Below the pieces are notes generated by a model, which was not told the origin of the DNA, ran no database searches, and was given only the letters and a program-made list of their open reading frames with translations. A stretch of 64,000 bases of DNA, from contig CAWAGQ010000004.1 in the NCBI GenBank assembly GCA_963781585.1, forward strand, positions 832,001 to 896,000, written 5' to 3'. The position numbers and the translations under genes were made by a program. Position 1 is the stretch's first letter. The number at the start of each line of letters is the position of its first letter. This DNA is from an uncultured Gemmatimonadaceae bacterium. GTDB taxonomy: Bacteria > Gemmatimonadota > Gemmatimonadetes > Gemmatimonadales > Gemmatimonadaceae. Of this stretch, positions 19,653-28,707 are shown piece by piece.

Positions 19653-20646
19653 GGCGTTCTGCGTCGGCGCGTTCTGTCTGGAGCGCCGCCCACCAGCCCT
19701 CGAGCATCTCCGGGATGCCGGTCCCTGCCACAGCACTTACCACGAATGATCCGAACGATTCCGGGGCTTCGACCGGCGGGAGCATGACCTCGCCAAGCAG
19801 GTCGACCTTGGTGAAGACGATGCAGTGTGGCTTCGCCGCCAGCTCCGCCGAGTAGGCGGTGAGCTCCCGCCGCAATTGATCGTACTCGGACTGCCAGTCG
19901 AGGGCATCCATCGGAACGAGCAGCGCCAGGACACGCGTGCGCTCGATGTGCCGAAGAAACTGCAGCCCGAGTCCGCGTCCTTCGTGTGCGCCCTCGATGA
20001 TGCCGGGAATGTCCGCCACCACGAAGGTCCGGTGGTCGGAGAGCGGCACCACGCCCAGGTTGGGCGTGAGCGTGGTGAATGGGTACTCGGCGATCTTCGG
20101 ACGGGCGCGGGAGATGACGGACAACATGGTGCTCTTTCCCGCGTTAGGCTGGCCGACCAGGCCCACATCGGCGATGAGCTTGAGCTCGAGTTCCAGGGAG
20201 CGGGCTTCGCCTTCGCGTCCGGGCTCCCACTCGCGAGGTGCCTGGTGTGTAGAGGTCGCAAAGGCGGCATTGCCGCGGCCACCGCGCCCGCCCCGCGCCA
20301 CCACGATCTCCTGGCCGTCCTCGAGGATCTCCCCCACCAGCTCTCCGCTATCGCGATCCCGCACCACCGTCCCCGGCGGTACCGGCAGGACGACCGGTGC
20401 GGCAGAGCGTCCGGTCTTGTTGGAGCCCATCCCGTGCTCGCCGCGCTCCGCCGTCCACGAGTCGCGATACGTGTAGTCGAGCAGCGTCGAGAGGTTGCGG
20501 TCTCCGCGGACCAGCACGTCGCCGCCCCGACCCCCGTCACCGCCGTCGGGGCCGCCCATGGGGACGAACTTCTCCCGGCGGAACGAGGATGCGCCGGATC
20601 CGCCCGTGCCCGCGCGTACCCGCACGACCACCCGGTCAATGAACAT
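19627..20646 (-). CDS. obgE: GTPase ObgE/CgtA
   Basis: FRREKFVP.GGPDGGDGG, G.PNAGKS, YPFTT and DIPGIIEGA. Confidence 0.97.
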   Translation of the reverse strand: MFIDRVVVRVRAGTGGSGASSFRREKFVPMGGPDGGDGGRGGDVLVRGDRNLSTLLDYTYRDSWTAERGEHGMGSNKTGRSAAPVVLPVPPGTVVRDRDSGELVGEILEDGQEIVVARGGRGGRGNAAFATSTHQAPREWEPGREGEARSLELELKLIADVGLVGQPNAGKSTMLSVISRARPKIAEYPFTTLTPNLGVVPLSDHRTFVVADIPGIIEGAHEGRGLGLQFLRHIERTRVLALLVPMDALDWQSEYDQLRRELTAYSAELAAKPHCIVFTKVDLLGEVMLPPVEAPESFGSFVVSAVAGTGIPEMLEGWWAALQTERADAERRERDAALW

Positions 20647-21316
20647 GCGTCTTCGCGCCTCCCGCCCGCTGGCCGTCCCGCACCCGCGCCCAGAGCAACT
20701 GGTAGCGCGTCCGCTCTGCTTCGTTGAGGAGGTCGCCGATCGCGTCGAGGACCTCGGCCACCGCCTCCGGAAGTGCTCCGGCGTGGAGTGCGCCGTGCAG
20801 ATGCGAGTGCAGCTGACGATCCTGGCGGGCCGCCGCGCACGCCGCGACGATGCAGAGTTCCCGGCGCCGGAGATCCAGTTGCGGGCGGGAGAGCACCTTG
20901 CCGTAGCCCTCGGCGATCATCCAGGCGTCGAGCGCCGGATGGAGCGCTCGGATGTTGCGACGCAGTCGCTCATAGAAGGGGCCGTAGACGGTGGCGCAGG
21001 TCTGCTCGCCGGCGAGTCGCCAGTGGTCGCTCCGCGCATAGTCCTCCCCGGCATCGTCGGGCGGCGCCGCGCGTCCCGAGGCACGCCGCCACTCGCGTGC
21101 CGCATTCAGCGCACGCGGGAACCCGGCGAACAGATACGACTGCAGAATGACCTCCTCGACCCATTCGGGCCGGATCCGTGCGACGGCGCGCGCGACCCCC
21201 GCGCGCACCGCGTGCTCGTTGCCGGCGGTGATGATCGCCGCGAGCCTGACGAGCTCGCGTTCCTCGCCGTCGAGCGCAGGCATGATGGGGGTTGGGGACG
21301 GAGGAAGCGGCATCAT
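20636..21316 (-). CDS. Carboxymuconolactone decarboxylase/AhpD-fold protein
   Basis: LFAGFPRALNA, YGKVLSRP.L..R.REL and QLHSH..GAL..GA. Confidence 0.8.
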   Translation of the reverse strand: MMPLPPSPTPIMPALDGEERELVRLAAIITAGNEHAVRAGVARAVARIRPEWVEEVILQSYLFAGFPRALNAAREWRRASGRAAPPDDAGEDYARSDHWRLAGEQTCATVYGPFYERLRRNIRALHPALDAWMIAEGYGKVLSRPQLDLRRRELCIVAACAAARQDRQLHSHLHGALHAGALPEAVAEVLDAIGDLLNEAERTRYQLLWARVRDGQRAGGAKTHVH

Positions 21317-21363
21317 TCGGGCGCGTACCGGCGCGCCTCATTGCGCGAAAAGGCACACGCCGG

Positions 21364-21398
21364 AGACCAGGGGTCACAGGCCACGGGCCGGAGGCCAT
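21364..21398. repeat. Heptamer tandem array (RGGCCAN-like)x5
   Basis: AGACCAG GGGTCAC AGGCCAC GGGCCGG AGGCCAT. Confidence 0.6.
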
Positions 21399-21404
21399 GG
21401 CCCC

Positions 21405-22397
21405 TCACACCCCGGATACCCTGACGTCCCCAACCACCTCGCCCCGCGTGTTGTGCACCAGCGGGTGCGCGATGTCCTGCAGGCGAGGCGCCAGGGGGTC
21501 GGGCAGCTCGCCAAGGCGTTGCAGCAGGTACAACAACGCCGGGTACTGCGCGCGCGCCGCGCCGTCCTCCACCTTGATTGCCACGCCGATGCCGCGTTCG
21601 AGCAGTGCCGCGCAGTGTACCCCTTCGGCGCCGATCTTCGGCAGGACGCGCCCCTCGCTCTCCTCGATCAGGGCGGTATCGAACCGATCGCTTCCCCCCA
21701 CCAGGAACGGGCGCGTGCGCATGGCCGACACGACGCGTGCCGCCATCCCGGACCGGCTGCGCCATCCGTGCGCCAACTGCGCGTACGCGCGCGCCATCCC
21801 CTCGAGGGGGATCGTGAACACCACGACTCCGCAGCCATCGATCGAACACGGAATGCCCTTGGCCGGAAGGTCCACCCATCGCGCCACTTCCTCGAGACAC
21901 GCGGTCTGCACGGGGTGGCCCAGACGCTCGTATCCGCGGATGGTCCACTGGGCCAGGTGCGCCGCGCCGAGCATGGCGGCGTGCTTGCCCGAGCAGTTGT
22001 TGTGGAGCCGTGTCGGTGACGCGCCATTCTCGCGCAGCATGCGGACTCCGCGCTTCGACAGGGGTTCGTGCGCTCCGCATGCCAGATCGCCTTCCTCGAG
22101 CCCGATGTCCTTGAGCATGCTCTCGGCGATCGCCACGTGTTCCGGTTCGCCGCCGTGCGAGGCGCAGGCGAGAGCGAGTTCGTCGTCGCCCCAATCGAGC
22201 TCCTCGAACCCGCCGCTCTCGAGCAGCGGCATGACCTGAAACGGCTTGGCACACGACCGCCAGGGAGATTGGAGCGTCGTGTCGCCGGCGCGCGCGACGA
22301 GTCCGTCGCAGGCATCGACCACCGCAGCGTGGACGCGATGTCGTGATTCCACGACATCACCGCGTGTGACGTGAACGTCGAGTTGGTAGATGTCCAT
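21405..22397 (-). CDS. Class 3 (Rhizobium AnsA-type) L-asparaginase family protein
   Basis: RS..KPFQ, CASH.GE..H, NNCSGKH, DGCG and KIGAEG. Confidence 0.88.
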   Translation of the reverse strand: MDIYQLDVHVTRGDVVESRHRVHAAVVDACDGLVARAGDTTLQSPWRSCAKPFQVMPLLESGGFEELDWGDDELALACASHGGEPEHVAIAESMLKDIGLEEGDLACGAHEPLSKRGVRMLRENGASPTRLHNNCSGKHAAMLGAAHLAQWTIRGYERLGHPVQTACLEEVARWVDLPAKGIPCSIDGCGVVVFTIPLEGMARAYAQLAHGWRSRSGMAARVVSAMRTRPFLVGGSDRFDTALIEESEGRVLPKIGAEGVHCAALLERGIGVAIKVEDGAARAQYPALLYLLQRLGELPDPLAPRLQDIAHPLVHNTRGEVVGDVRVSGV

Positions 22398-22512
22398 TCG
22401 CCGGTGCGCACTGCGTGGCCCGCTCACGGAAGATAACCGGGCGGGCACACCAGACGCGCATCGGTGGCGCCCGTTGACCAGTGGCGCGGATCAGGCCTAC
22501 CTTCCCGGCGCC

Positions 22513-23541
22513 ATGGCCCGTGCTGCTCCCTCTTCCCGCGCCCTCATCGGTCGCGCCCGACTGGCCCGGCTGCTCGACGGCATGCGGGGTAAGCGCATCG
22601 TCGTCGTCGGCGATGCGATGCTCGATGTGTATCTGCATGGCGACGTGGAGCGCATTTCGCCGGAGGCTCCGGTGCCGGTGGTGCGGGTTCGCGAGCGTCG
22701 TTATGCGCTGGGGGGGGCTGCCAACGTCGTCCAGAACGTGGCGGCAACCGGTGCCCGGGTCACGCTGGTGGCGACCGTCGGCGACGATGACGCCGGGGGC
22801 CGGCTGCGGGGGATGCTCGCGCGGATCGGAGCCGACGGGGACGCGCTCATCGCCAGCGCGCGGGAAACCACCACCAAGACGCGTCTGGTGGCGCGATCGC
22901 AGCAGGTGGTGCGGGTGGACGAGGAGGACGACGGGGATCTGCCCGCGCACGACGTGCAGCGCCTGCTCGATGCCCTGCTGCCGCTGGTGGCGCGCGCCGA
23001 CGCCGTGGTGCTGGAGGACTACAACAAGGGCGTGCTGGTCCCGGCGGTCATCACGGCAACGATCGACGCGGCGCGGGCGCGGGGCGTGCCGGTGGTCGTC
23101 GATCCCAAGTTCCGCAATTTCTTCTCGTATCAGGGCGCGACGATCTTCAAACCGAACCGGCGCGAGCTCGAGTCCGCGCTCGGCGCCACCGTGCATCTGG
23201 AGGACGATGGCGCCCTGCCGGTGATGGTCCAGCGCCTGGGGGTCGACCATCTGCTGCTCACGTTAGGCGACCGCGGGATGACGCTGGTGTCGGCGGCGGG
23301 CGCGGTGACGCGGATCCCGACGACGGCTCGCGAGGTGTTCGACGTGGTGGGGGCCGGGGACACGGTGATCGCGTATCTGGCGACCGCGCTGGCGGCGGGT
23401 GCGACGGCGGCCGAGGCGGCGGTGATCTCGAACTTCGCAGCGGGGGTGGAGGTGGGGAAACTGGGAGCGGCAACGGTGAGCACGGCAGAGATTCTGGAGG
23501 CGGCGGCGCACCACAGCGGGGGCGGGCGCAAGCGCGGGTGA
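22513..23541 (+). CDS. D-glycero-beta-D-manno-heptose-7-phosphate kinase (RfaE1/HldE kinase domain, PfkB family)
   Basis: GD.MLD.Y, RISPEAPVPV, GGAANV, DY.KG and DVVGAGDT. Preceded by TTGACC-N18-TACCTT. Confidence 0.9.
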   Translation: MARAAPSSRALIGRARLARLLDGMRGKRIVVVGDAMLDVYLHGDVERISPEAPVPVVRVRERRYALGGAANVVQNVAATGARVTLVATVGDDDAGGRLRGMLARIGADGDALIASARETTTKTRLVARSQQVVRVDEEDDGDLPAHDVQRLLDALLPLVARADAVVLEDYNKGVLVPAVITATIDAARARGVPVVVDPKFRNFFSYQGATIFKPNRRELESALGATVHLEDDGALPVMVQRLGVDHLLLTLGDRGMTLVSAAGAVTRIPTTAREVFDVVGAGDTVIAYLATALAAGATAAEAAVISNFAAGVEVGKLGAATVSTAEILEAAAHHSGGGRKRG

Positions 23542-23654
23542 GGGACGGGGGACCCCCCGGCCGTGGGTCTCGTGGGTACGCGTCAGGAGCGTGCGATCGG
23601 GTGGGAGCGTCGGTTCTCGATGCGGGTGATTCGCCCGACGCGTGCGCGGTCCGG

Positions 23655-23683
23655 TTGGCGCGTTTTCCAGCGTGCGCTAACTT
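23655..23683 (+). promoter_or_regulatory. Sigma70-type promoter for the tRNA
   Basis: TTGGCG-N17-TAACTT, ending 9 nt before the tRNA. Confidence 0.5.
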
Positions 23684-23692
23684 CGATCCAGC

Positions 23693-23766
23693 GGGCCCTT
23701 AGCTCAGCTGGTTAGAGCAGCGGACTCATAATCCGACGGTCGCAGGTTCGATCCCTGCAGGGCCCA
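23693..23766 (+). tRNA. tRNA with CAT anticodon, most likely tRNA-Ile2 (elongator Met not excluded); CCA not encoded
   Basis: Acceptor stem GGGCCCT/AGGGCCC, D arm, anticodon loop CTCATAA, T arm GCAGG-TTCGATC-CCTGC. It lacks initiator features (1:72 is paired; no triple G-C in the anticodon stem). Confidence 0.92.
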
Positions 23767-23774
23767 TGGGGCAC

Positions 23775-23809
23775 CAGCGCATAGCTCTGAGCTCACAGCT
23801 CGAGGCTCG
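23775..23809. repeat. Heptamer tandem array (NAGCTCN)x5
   Basis: CAGCGCA TAGCTCT GAGCTCA CAGCTCG AGGCTCG, directly after the tRNA. Confidence 0.55.
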
Positions 23810-23978
23810 TGGAGCCCTCGGGACGATGCCAAGCGTGGAGGGCGCGCGTGGCCGGTGTCCGTTGCCCCATTTTCTGACCCGCGACCTGCTCTGCGCCTGA
23901 CCGCGCGAGTGGCTCTGTCTCCTCACGCAGCAAAGGACGAGGAGCCGCCGCAAATACTTGGCGCGTCTGACGGGCGCC

Positions 23979-24116
23979 CTATCGGAACAGCGCCAACGCT
24001 TTCACCGCCACCTGCGCCACGCCCCACAACGCCGGCAGCCCGACCACCAGCCACGACAACGCCACCTTGAGCCGCTCGGACCCGGCGGCATCCTTCGCTG
24101 CGTCAGGCGCGCTCAT
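23979..24116 (-). CDS. 45-aa single-TM protein, putative small partner of the MFS transporter
   Basis: MSAPDAAKDAAGSERLKVALSWLVVGLPALWGVAQVAVKALALFR; ATGA overlap with the MFS stop. Confidence 0.7.
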   Translation of the reverse strand: MSAPDAAKDAAGSERLKVALSWLVVGLPALWGVAQVAVKALALFR

Positions 24117-25513
24117 GCGGTCCCTCCGTCGGGCAGCGCCGCCAGCTCCTCGGTCGCGCGACCGCGCTGGCCCGCGTAGTGGTATCGCGGATCGACCGGC
24201 CCCACCAGCCAGTTCGCCACGAATCCCGCCACCAGCAGCACCGCCATCAGGTACATCACGATCGAGTATGCGTTCGACTTCGCCACGCCGTGCGTCATCT
24301 GATATTCGCTGATGTAGTTCACCAGCACCGGACCGGCCACGCCGGCGAACGACCACGCGGTCAGCAGACGCCCATGAATCGCGCCCACGTGCATCACGCC
24401 GAAGAGATCGCGCAGATACGCGGGAATGGTCGCGAATCCACCCCCGTACATGCTCATGATCACGCAGTAGAACAGGACGAACAGCACCACACTGCCGATC
24501 CGCCCGGTGGTCGGCACCAGCGCGTACAGCGCGGCGCCGAGCGCAAAGTACACCATGTACGTGCGCCGTCGACCGATGTGATCCGACAGCGACGACCACA
24601 GGAAGCGACCGGCCATGTTCGCCAGGCTGAGCAACCCCACGAATCCTGCCGCCGCCGAGGCGCCAATGACGCCGGTGAACGTATCCTGGATCATCGGCGA
24701 CGCCTGGCCCAGCACGCCGATTCCCGCCGTCACGTTGAGCGCCAGGACGGCCCAGAGCAGCCAGAACTGGCGCGTCCCCAGCGCCCGATCGACGTGCACG
24801 TCCGGACCAGCCGGGACGCTGCGCGACGTCGCCGGACTCCACCCCGCCGGCCGCCATCCTTCCGCTGGCAGCCGCACGGTGAACACGCCGAACATCATGA
24901 ACACGAAATACAGGAGCCCCATCACCACGAACGCCGGCGCGACGCCGGTGGACGTCGGCGAGCGGAAATGCTCCATCAGCCCGACGGCCAGCGGCGACCC
25001 GATCATCGCCCCGCCACCGAACCCCATGATCGCCATTCCGGTCGCCATCCCCGGCCGGTCGGGGAACCACCTGATGAGCGTGGACACCGGCGAGATGTAC
25101 CCGAGTCCAAGCCCGATCCCCCCCAGGACCCCGTAGCCGAGGTACAGCAGCCACACCTGATGCCACACCACGCCTAACGCGGCGACCAGGAATCCGCCAC
25201 CGAAGCAGGCGGCCGAGGCGAACATCGCGCGCCGCGGTCCCGCCTCCTCCAGCCATCTCCCGAACGCGAACGCCGACAGGCCGAGAAAGACGATCGCGAT
25301 GCTGAACACCCACCCGATCGTGGTCCGCTTCCAGTCCCCCGGCGCCGACTCGGTGACGCCCCGCACCATCGTCAGCGGCAGGTTGAAGACGCTGAATGCG
25401 TACACCTGGCCGATCGACAGATGGATCGCGAGTGCTGCCGGCGGCACGCGCCAGCGGCTGAATCCGGGGCCGGCGATACAGCGGTCGCGATCGAGGAAGC
25501 GGAACGTGGACAT
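24113..25513 (-). CDS. OFA-family (oxalate/formate antiporter-like, YhjX-like) MFS transporter
   Basis: About 12 TM segments; IGQVYAFSVF, WFPDRPGMATG.AI.GFGGG and MYGGGFATIPAYL. Confidence 0.9.
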   Translation of the reverse strand: MSTFRFLDRDRCIAGPGFSRWRVPPAALAIHLSIGQVYAFSVFNLPLTMVRGVTESAPGDWKRTTIGWVFSIAIVFLGLSAFAFGRWLEEAGPRRAMFASAACFGGGFLVAALGVVWHQVWLLYLGYGVLGGIGLGLGYISPVSTLIRWFPDRPGMATGMAIMGFGGGAMIGSPLAVGLMEHFRSPTSTGVAPAFVVMGLLYFVFMMFGVFTVRLPAEGWRPAGWSPATSRSVPAGPDVHVDRALGTRQFWLLWAVLALNVTAGIGVLGQASPMIQDTFTGVIGASAAAGFVGLLSLANMAGRFLWSSLSDHIGRRRTYMVYFALGAALYALVPTTGRIGSVVLFVLFYCVIMSMYGGGFATIPAYLRDLFGVMHVGAIHGRLLTAWSFAGVAGPVLVNYISEYQMTHGVAKSNAYSIVMYLMAVLLVAGFVANWLVGPVDPRYHYAGQRGRATEELAALPDGGTA

Positions 25514-25683
25514 CTACGCGGCGGAGGAGATGGTCGCGCGCCACGCAGCACCGCGCGCCAATTGGGGTCGAGTGCCAAATCATTGTCCGCGGAACCGGTC
25601 GCCGGAAGAGGAGGCGCACTACCCTCCCCTGAATGGCTCGATTAACCTTCCTCGCCCGACGCCCACGCGGCGCGGGAGCGTAC

Positions 25684-25757
25684 GGTCGCGTAGCTCAGCT
25701 GGTTAGAGCGCTGGTCTCACATACCAGAGGTCCGGGGTTCGAGTCCCTGCGCGACCA
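25684..25757 (+). tRNA. tRNA-Val(CAC); CCA not encoded
   Basis: Acceptor stem GGTCGCG/CGCGACC, anticodon arm CTGGT-CTCACAT-ACCAG, T loop TTCGAGT. Confidence 0.95.
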
Positions 25758-25767
25758 TCTTCGAGGG

Positions 25768-26784
25768 TCAGGGACGGCCCGCCAACCCGGCCTGGGCTTC
25801 GGCCTCCCGGCGCGCCAGATCCAGATCCGCCTCGATCATCATCCGCACGAGATCGCGGAAGCTCGTCTTCGGCGTCCACTTCAGCTGGCGACGAGCCTTC
25901 CCCGCGTCGCCCTGCAGCACATCGACCTCCGCCGGCCGGTAGTACCGCGGATCGATGTCGACATACCGCTTCCAGTCGAGGTCGAGCAACCGCGCGCTCT
26001 CGTCGAGGAAGTCCCGCACCGAATGCGTGACACCGGTCGCGATCACGAAGTCGCCGGGCGACTCCTCCTGCAGCATGAGCCACATCGCGTCGACGTAATC
26101 GCCGGCAAAGCCCCAGTCGCGCCGCGCATCCAGGTTGCCGAGGAACAACTTCGACTGCAGCCCGAGTTTGATCCGCGTCAGGCCCTGCGTGATCTTCCGC
26201 GTCACGAAGTTCTCCCCGCGCCGCGGACTCTCGTGGTTGAACAGGATCCCGCACGACGCGTGCAGTGCGTAGCTCTCGCGGTAGTTCACCACCGCGTGGT
26301 GGGCGAAGACCTTGGCGCACGCGTACGGCGACCGGGGATGAAACGGCGTGCGCTCCGATTGCGGCGTCTCCACCACCCTGCCGAACATCTCGCTCGACGA
26401 GGCCTGATAGAACCGCGGCGTGAGACCGAGGTTGCGGATGGCTTCGAGCAGTCGCAGCGTCCCGACCCCGGTCACCTCCACCGTATACTCGGGGATGTCG
26501 AAGCTGATGCGCACGTGACTCTGCGCGCCCAGATTGTATACCTCGTCCGGCTCCACCTCGGCCAGCACCCGCTGCAGCGACGACGCATCGTTGAGGTCAC
26601 CATAGTGCAGGCGGAGTCCGGTACCCGGGACGTTTTCGTCCAGATAGACGTGCTCGATGCGCTGGGTCGAAAACGAGCTCGAGCGACGCACGATGCCGTG
26701 CACGTCGTATCCCTTCCGCAGCAGCAACTCGGCGAGATACGAACCGTCCTGTCCAGTGATGCCGGTGATGAGAGCCTTGCGCAC
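25768..26784 (-). CDS. gmd: GDP-mannose 4,6-dehydratase
   Basis: [40 protein letters not shown] and RDWG. Confidence 0.97.
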   Translation of the reverse strand: MRKALITGITGQDGSYLAELLLRKGYDVHGIVRRSSSFSTQRIEHVYLDENVPGTGLRLHYGDLNDASSLQRVLAEVEPDEVYNLGAQSHVRISFDIPEYTVEVTGVGTLRLLEAIRNLGLTPRFYQASSSEMFGRVVETPQSERTPFHPRSPYACAKVFAHHAVVNYRESYALHASCGILFNHESPRRGENFVTRKITQGLTRIKLGLQSKLFLGNLDARRDWGFAGDYVDAMWLMLQEESPGDFVIATGVTHSVRDFLDESARLLDLDWKRYVDIDPRYYRPAEVDVLQGDAGKARRQLKWTPKTSFRDLVRMMIEADLDLARREAEAQAGLAGRP

Positions 26785-26852
26785 GATGAGCACCTGGGAT
26801 GCTGGTGGCGAACTCCCGCCACGCTTGTTGCCGGTTGCTGATTCCCGATAGC

Positions 26853-28163
26853 TTAACTGTCCTGGTCGCCGTTCGCTCGAATCAGGGCTCCCGCGCGACG
26901 CAACCGCCCAAGGTTCGTGGCGTCGATCCGGGCCAGCAGCACGAGCTCTTCGCCTTCGTTCCGCTGCTCCAGCACCTGCCCGCTCCGGTGGATGTCCGCC
27001 AGCAGCCGGCCGTCCCCCACCCCGATCCGCAGCTCGGCCAGGGGCCGGTGCCGCCGCAGGGCCGCGCGCAGTGCGTCGCGCAACGGCTCGAGCGCGTCGG
27101 GTGCCACCGCACTCACAAGGACGCTCCCGGGCAGCAGCGACGACATCCGGTCGCCGAGTGCCTGGACGTCCGCCTCCCCCAGAAGGTCCGTCTTGTTGAA
27201 AACGTGCAGCACCGGACGATCCCGCGCCCCCAGCTCACCGAGGACCTGCTCGACGACCTCGCGCTGCTCTTCCCACATCGGGTGCGACGCATCGATCACA
27301 TGCAGCAACAGATCGGCCTCGAGCACTTCTTCGAGCGTCGCGCGAAAGGACGCAACCAGGTGGTGAGGCAGCTTGCGGATGAAACCGACCGTGTCGGTCA
27401 CGACCACACGGAGATTGTCGCCCAGATCGGCCTCGCGGGTGAGCGTATCGAGCGTGGCGAACAGCCGGTCCTCGACAAACACGCCTTCGGCGCTGGTCAG
27501 GCCGCGGAGGATCGACGACTTCCCGGCGTTGGTGTAGCCCACCAGCGCCACCCGGAACTCGCCCCGCCTGCCCTGACGTTGCACTTCGCGCGAGCGTTGG
27601 ACCTCTTCCAGACGTGCCTTGAGCACCCGGATCCGCTGGCCGATCAGCCGACGGTCGGTTTCGAGCTGGGTCTCGCCGGGCCCCCGCAGCCCGATGCCAC
27701 CGCGCATCTTCTCCAGGTGCGACCACATCCGCAGCAGCCGCGGCAGCATGTATTCCAGTTGGGCGAGTTCCACCTGCATGCGCGCCTCACGACTGCGCGC
27801 CCGGGTGGCGAAGATGTCGAGAATGAGCTCGGCGCGATCCATCACCCGGCAGCCGGTTGCATCCTCGATGTTCTTCCCCTGCGTGGGGGAAAGCTCGTCG
27901 TCGAACAGCACGAGTGTGACATCGTCGCGCGTGATCCGCTCGCGCAATTCGTCGATCTTCCCCTTGCCCAGGTAGGTCGCGGGGTTGGGCCGATCGAGTT
28001 GCTGGGTCAGGGTGCCGGCGACGATCGCCCCCGCCGTGTCGGCGAGCCGGTCGAGCTCGAGCAGGTGCTCGTCCAGATGGTACTTCGCGTTCGAACGCTT
28101 CAGCGGCGCGCCGACGAGGAGCGCCCGTTCGACAGGTGGAGCGAGATCGATGAGTGCGCGGAT
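26853..28163 (-). CDS. hflX: GTPase HflX (start uncertain)
   Basis: [45 protein letters not shown] and NK.D. No canonical start close to the conserved N-terminus. Confidence 0.93.
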   Translation of the reverse strand: MRALIDLAPPVERALLVGAPLKRSNAKYHLDEHLLELDRLADTAGAIVAGTLTQQLDRPNPATYLGKGKIDELRERITRDDVTLVLFDDELSPTQGKNIEDATGCRVMDRAELILDIFATRARSREARMQVELAQLEYMLPRLLRMWSHLEKMRGGIGLRGPGETQLETDRRLIGQRIRVLKARLEEVQRSREVQRQGRRGEFRVALVGYTNAGKSSILRGLTSAEGVFVEDRLFATLDTLTREADLGDNLRVVVTDTVGFIRKLPHHLVASFRATLEEVLEADLLLHVIDASHPMWEEQREVVEQVLGELGARDRPVLHVFNKTDLLGEADVQALGDRMSSLLPGSVLVSAVAPDALEPLRDALRAALRRHRPLAELRIGVGDGRLLADIHRSGQVLEQRNEGEELVLLARIDATNLGRLRRAGALIRANGDQDS

Positions 28164-28233
28164 GGCCTGGGTGTCCGAGAGCGGAGGGTGGGAAAATGAG
28201 CGGCGGGCGTCGCGAATCTCCAGTGTCCCGTCG

Positions 28234-28704
28234 CTACGGACGGCCCGACAGGGCGTTGAAGCGACCGTGCCCCTCATACGGCCGCGTGAACTGGCCCAGC
28301 GGCGTCGCGACAGTGATGTCCCCGACCACACGGTAGTCGACGCTTCCCATCTGAATGAGCTGCCGGCCCGCGGCGCCGACCCCGGCATAGGTGAAGGAGA
28401 GGGGGAACTCGAGCTTCGTCGTGTCGGCCTTGTTCACCGTGAAACGCGAGTCGTATGACCCGGCACCGAATTTCACCGTGTCCACGAGCACGTTGTACGT
28501 GAGGCGCACCCCGTCGAGGCGGAAGTCGTTCGGGTTGTAGACCGCGAGCTCCACGTTGACGGTGCCTCCCGAGAGACCGAGCCCGGTGATCTGCGCATTG
28601 TTCAGCGTGACCACCGGTTCCCTGAAGGACGCGCGACCCAGCGTGGCACATGCGGCGGCTGCAGAAACCGAGGCCACCAGCAGGAGAGCTGCCGATCTGC
28701 GCAT
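28234..28704 (-). CDS. LEA type 2 (WHy) domain lipoprotein
   Basis: Signal peptide ending AAAC (lipobox) and V.NPN.F.L motif. Confidence 0.8.
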   Translation of the reverse strand: MRRSAALLLVASVSAAAACATLGRASFREPVVTLNNAQITGLGLSGGTVNVELAVYNPNDFRLDGVRLTYNVLVDTVKFGAGSYDSRFTVNKADTTKLEFPLSFTYAGVGAAGRQLIQMGSVDYRVVGDITVATPLGQFTRPYEGHGRFNALSGRP

Positions 28705-28707
28705 TCG

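Noticed and set aside
23853..23882. GTGTCCGTTGCCCCATTTTCTGACCC as a REP-like or mobile-element end
   Set aside because: Single copy in the window, with no partner inverted repeat and no transposase
25540..25580. GAGTGCCAA as a CIRCE site, and TGGC motifs as a sigma54 promoter upstream of the MFS
   Set aside because: Only one CIRCE half-site is present, and the GG-N10-GC spacing for sigma54 is not met
23979..25619. 546-aa ORF overlapping the MFS
   Set aside because: Out-of-frame shadow of the MFS gene; only its last 45 codons look like a real gene
23700..25709. 19-nt direct repeat TAGCTCAGCTGGTTAGAGC (23700-23718 and 25691-25709) as attL/attR
   Set aside because: It is the conserved D arm of two complete, different tRNAs, and there is no integrase
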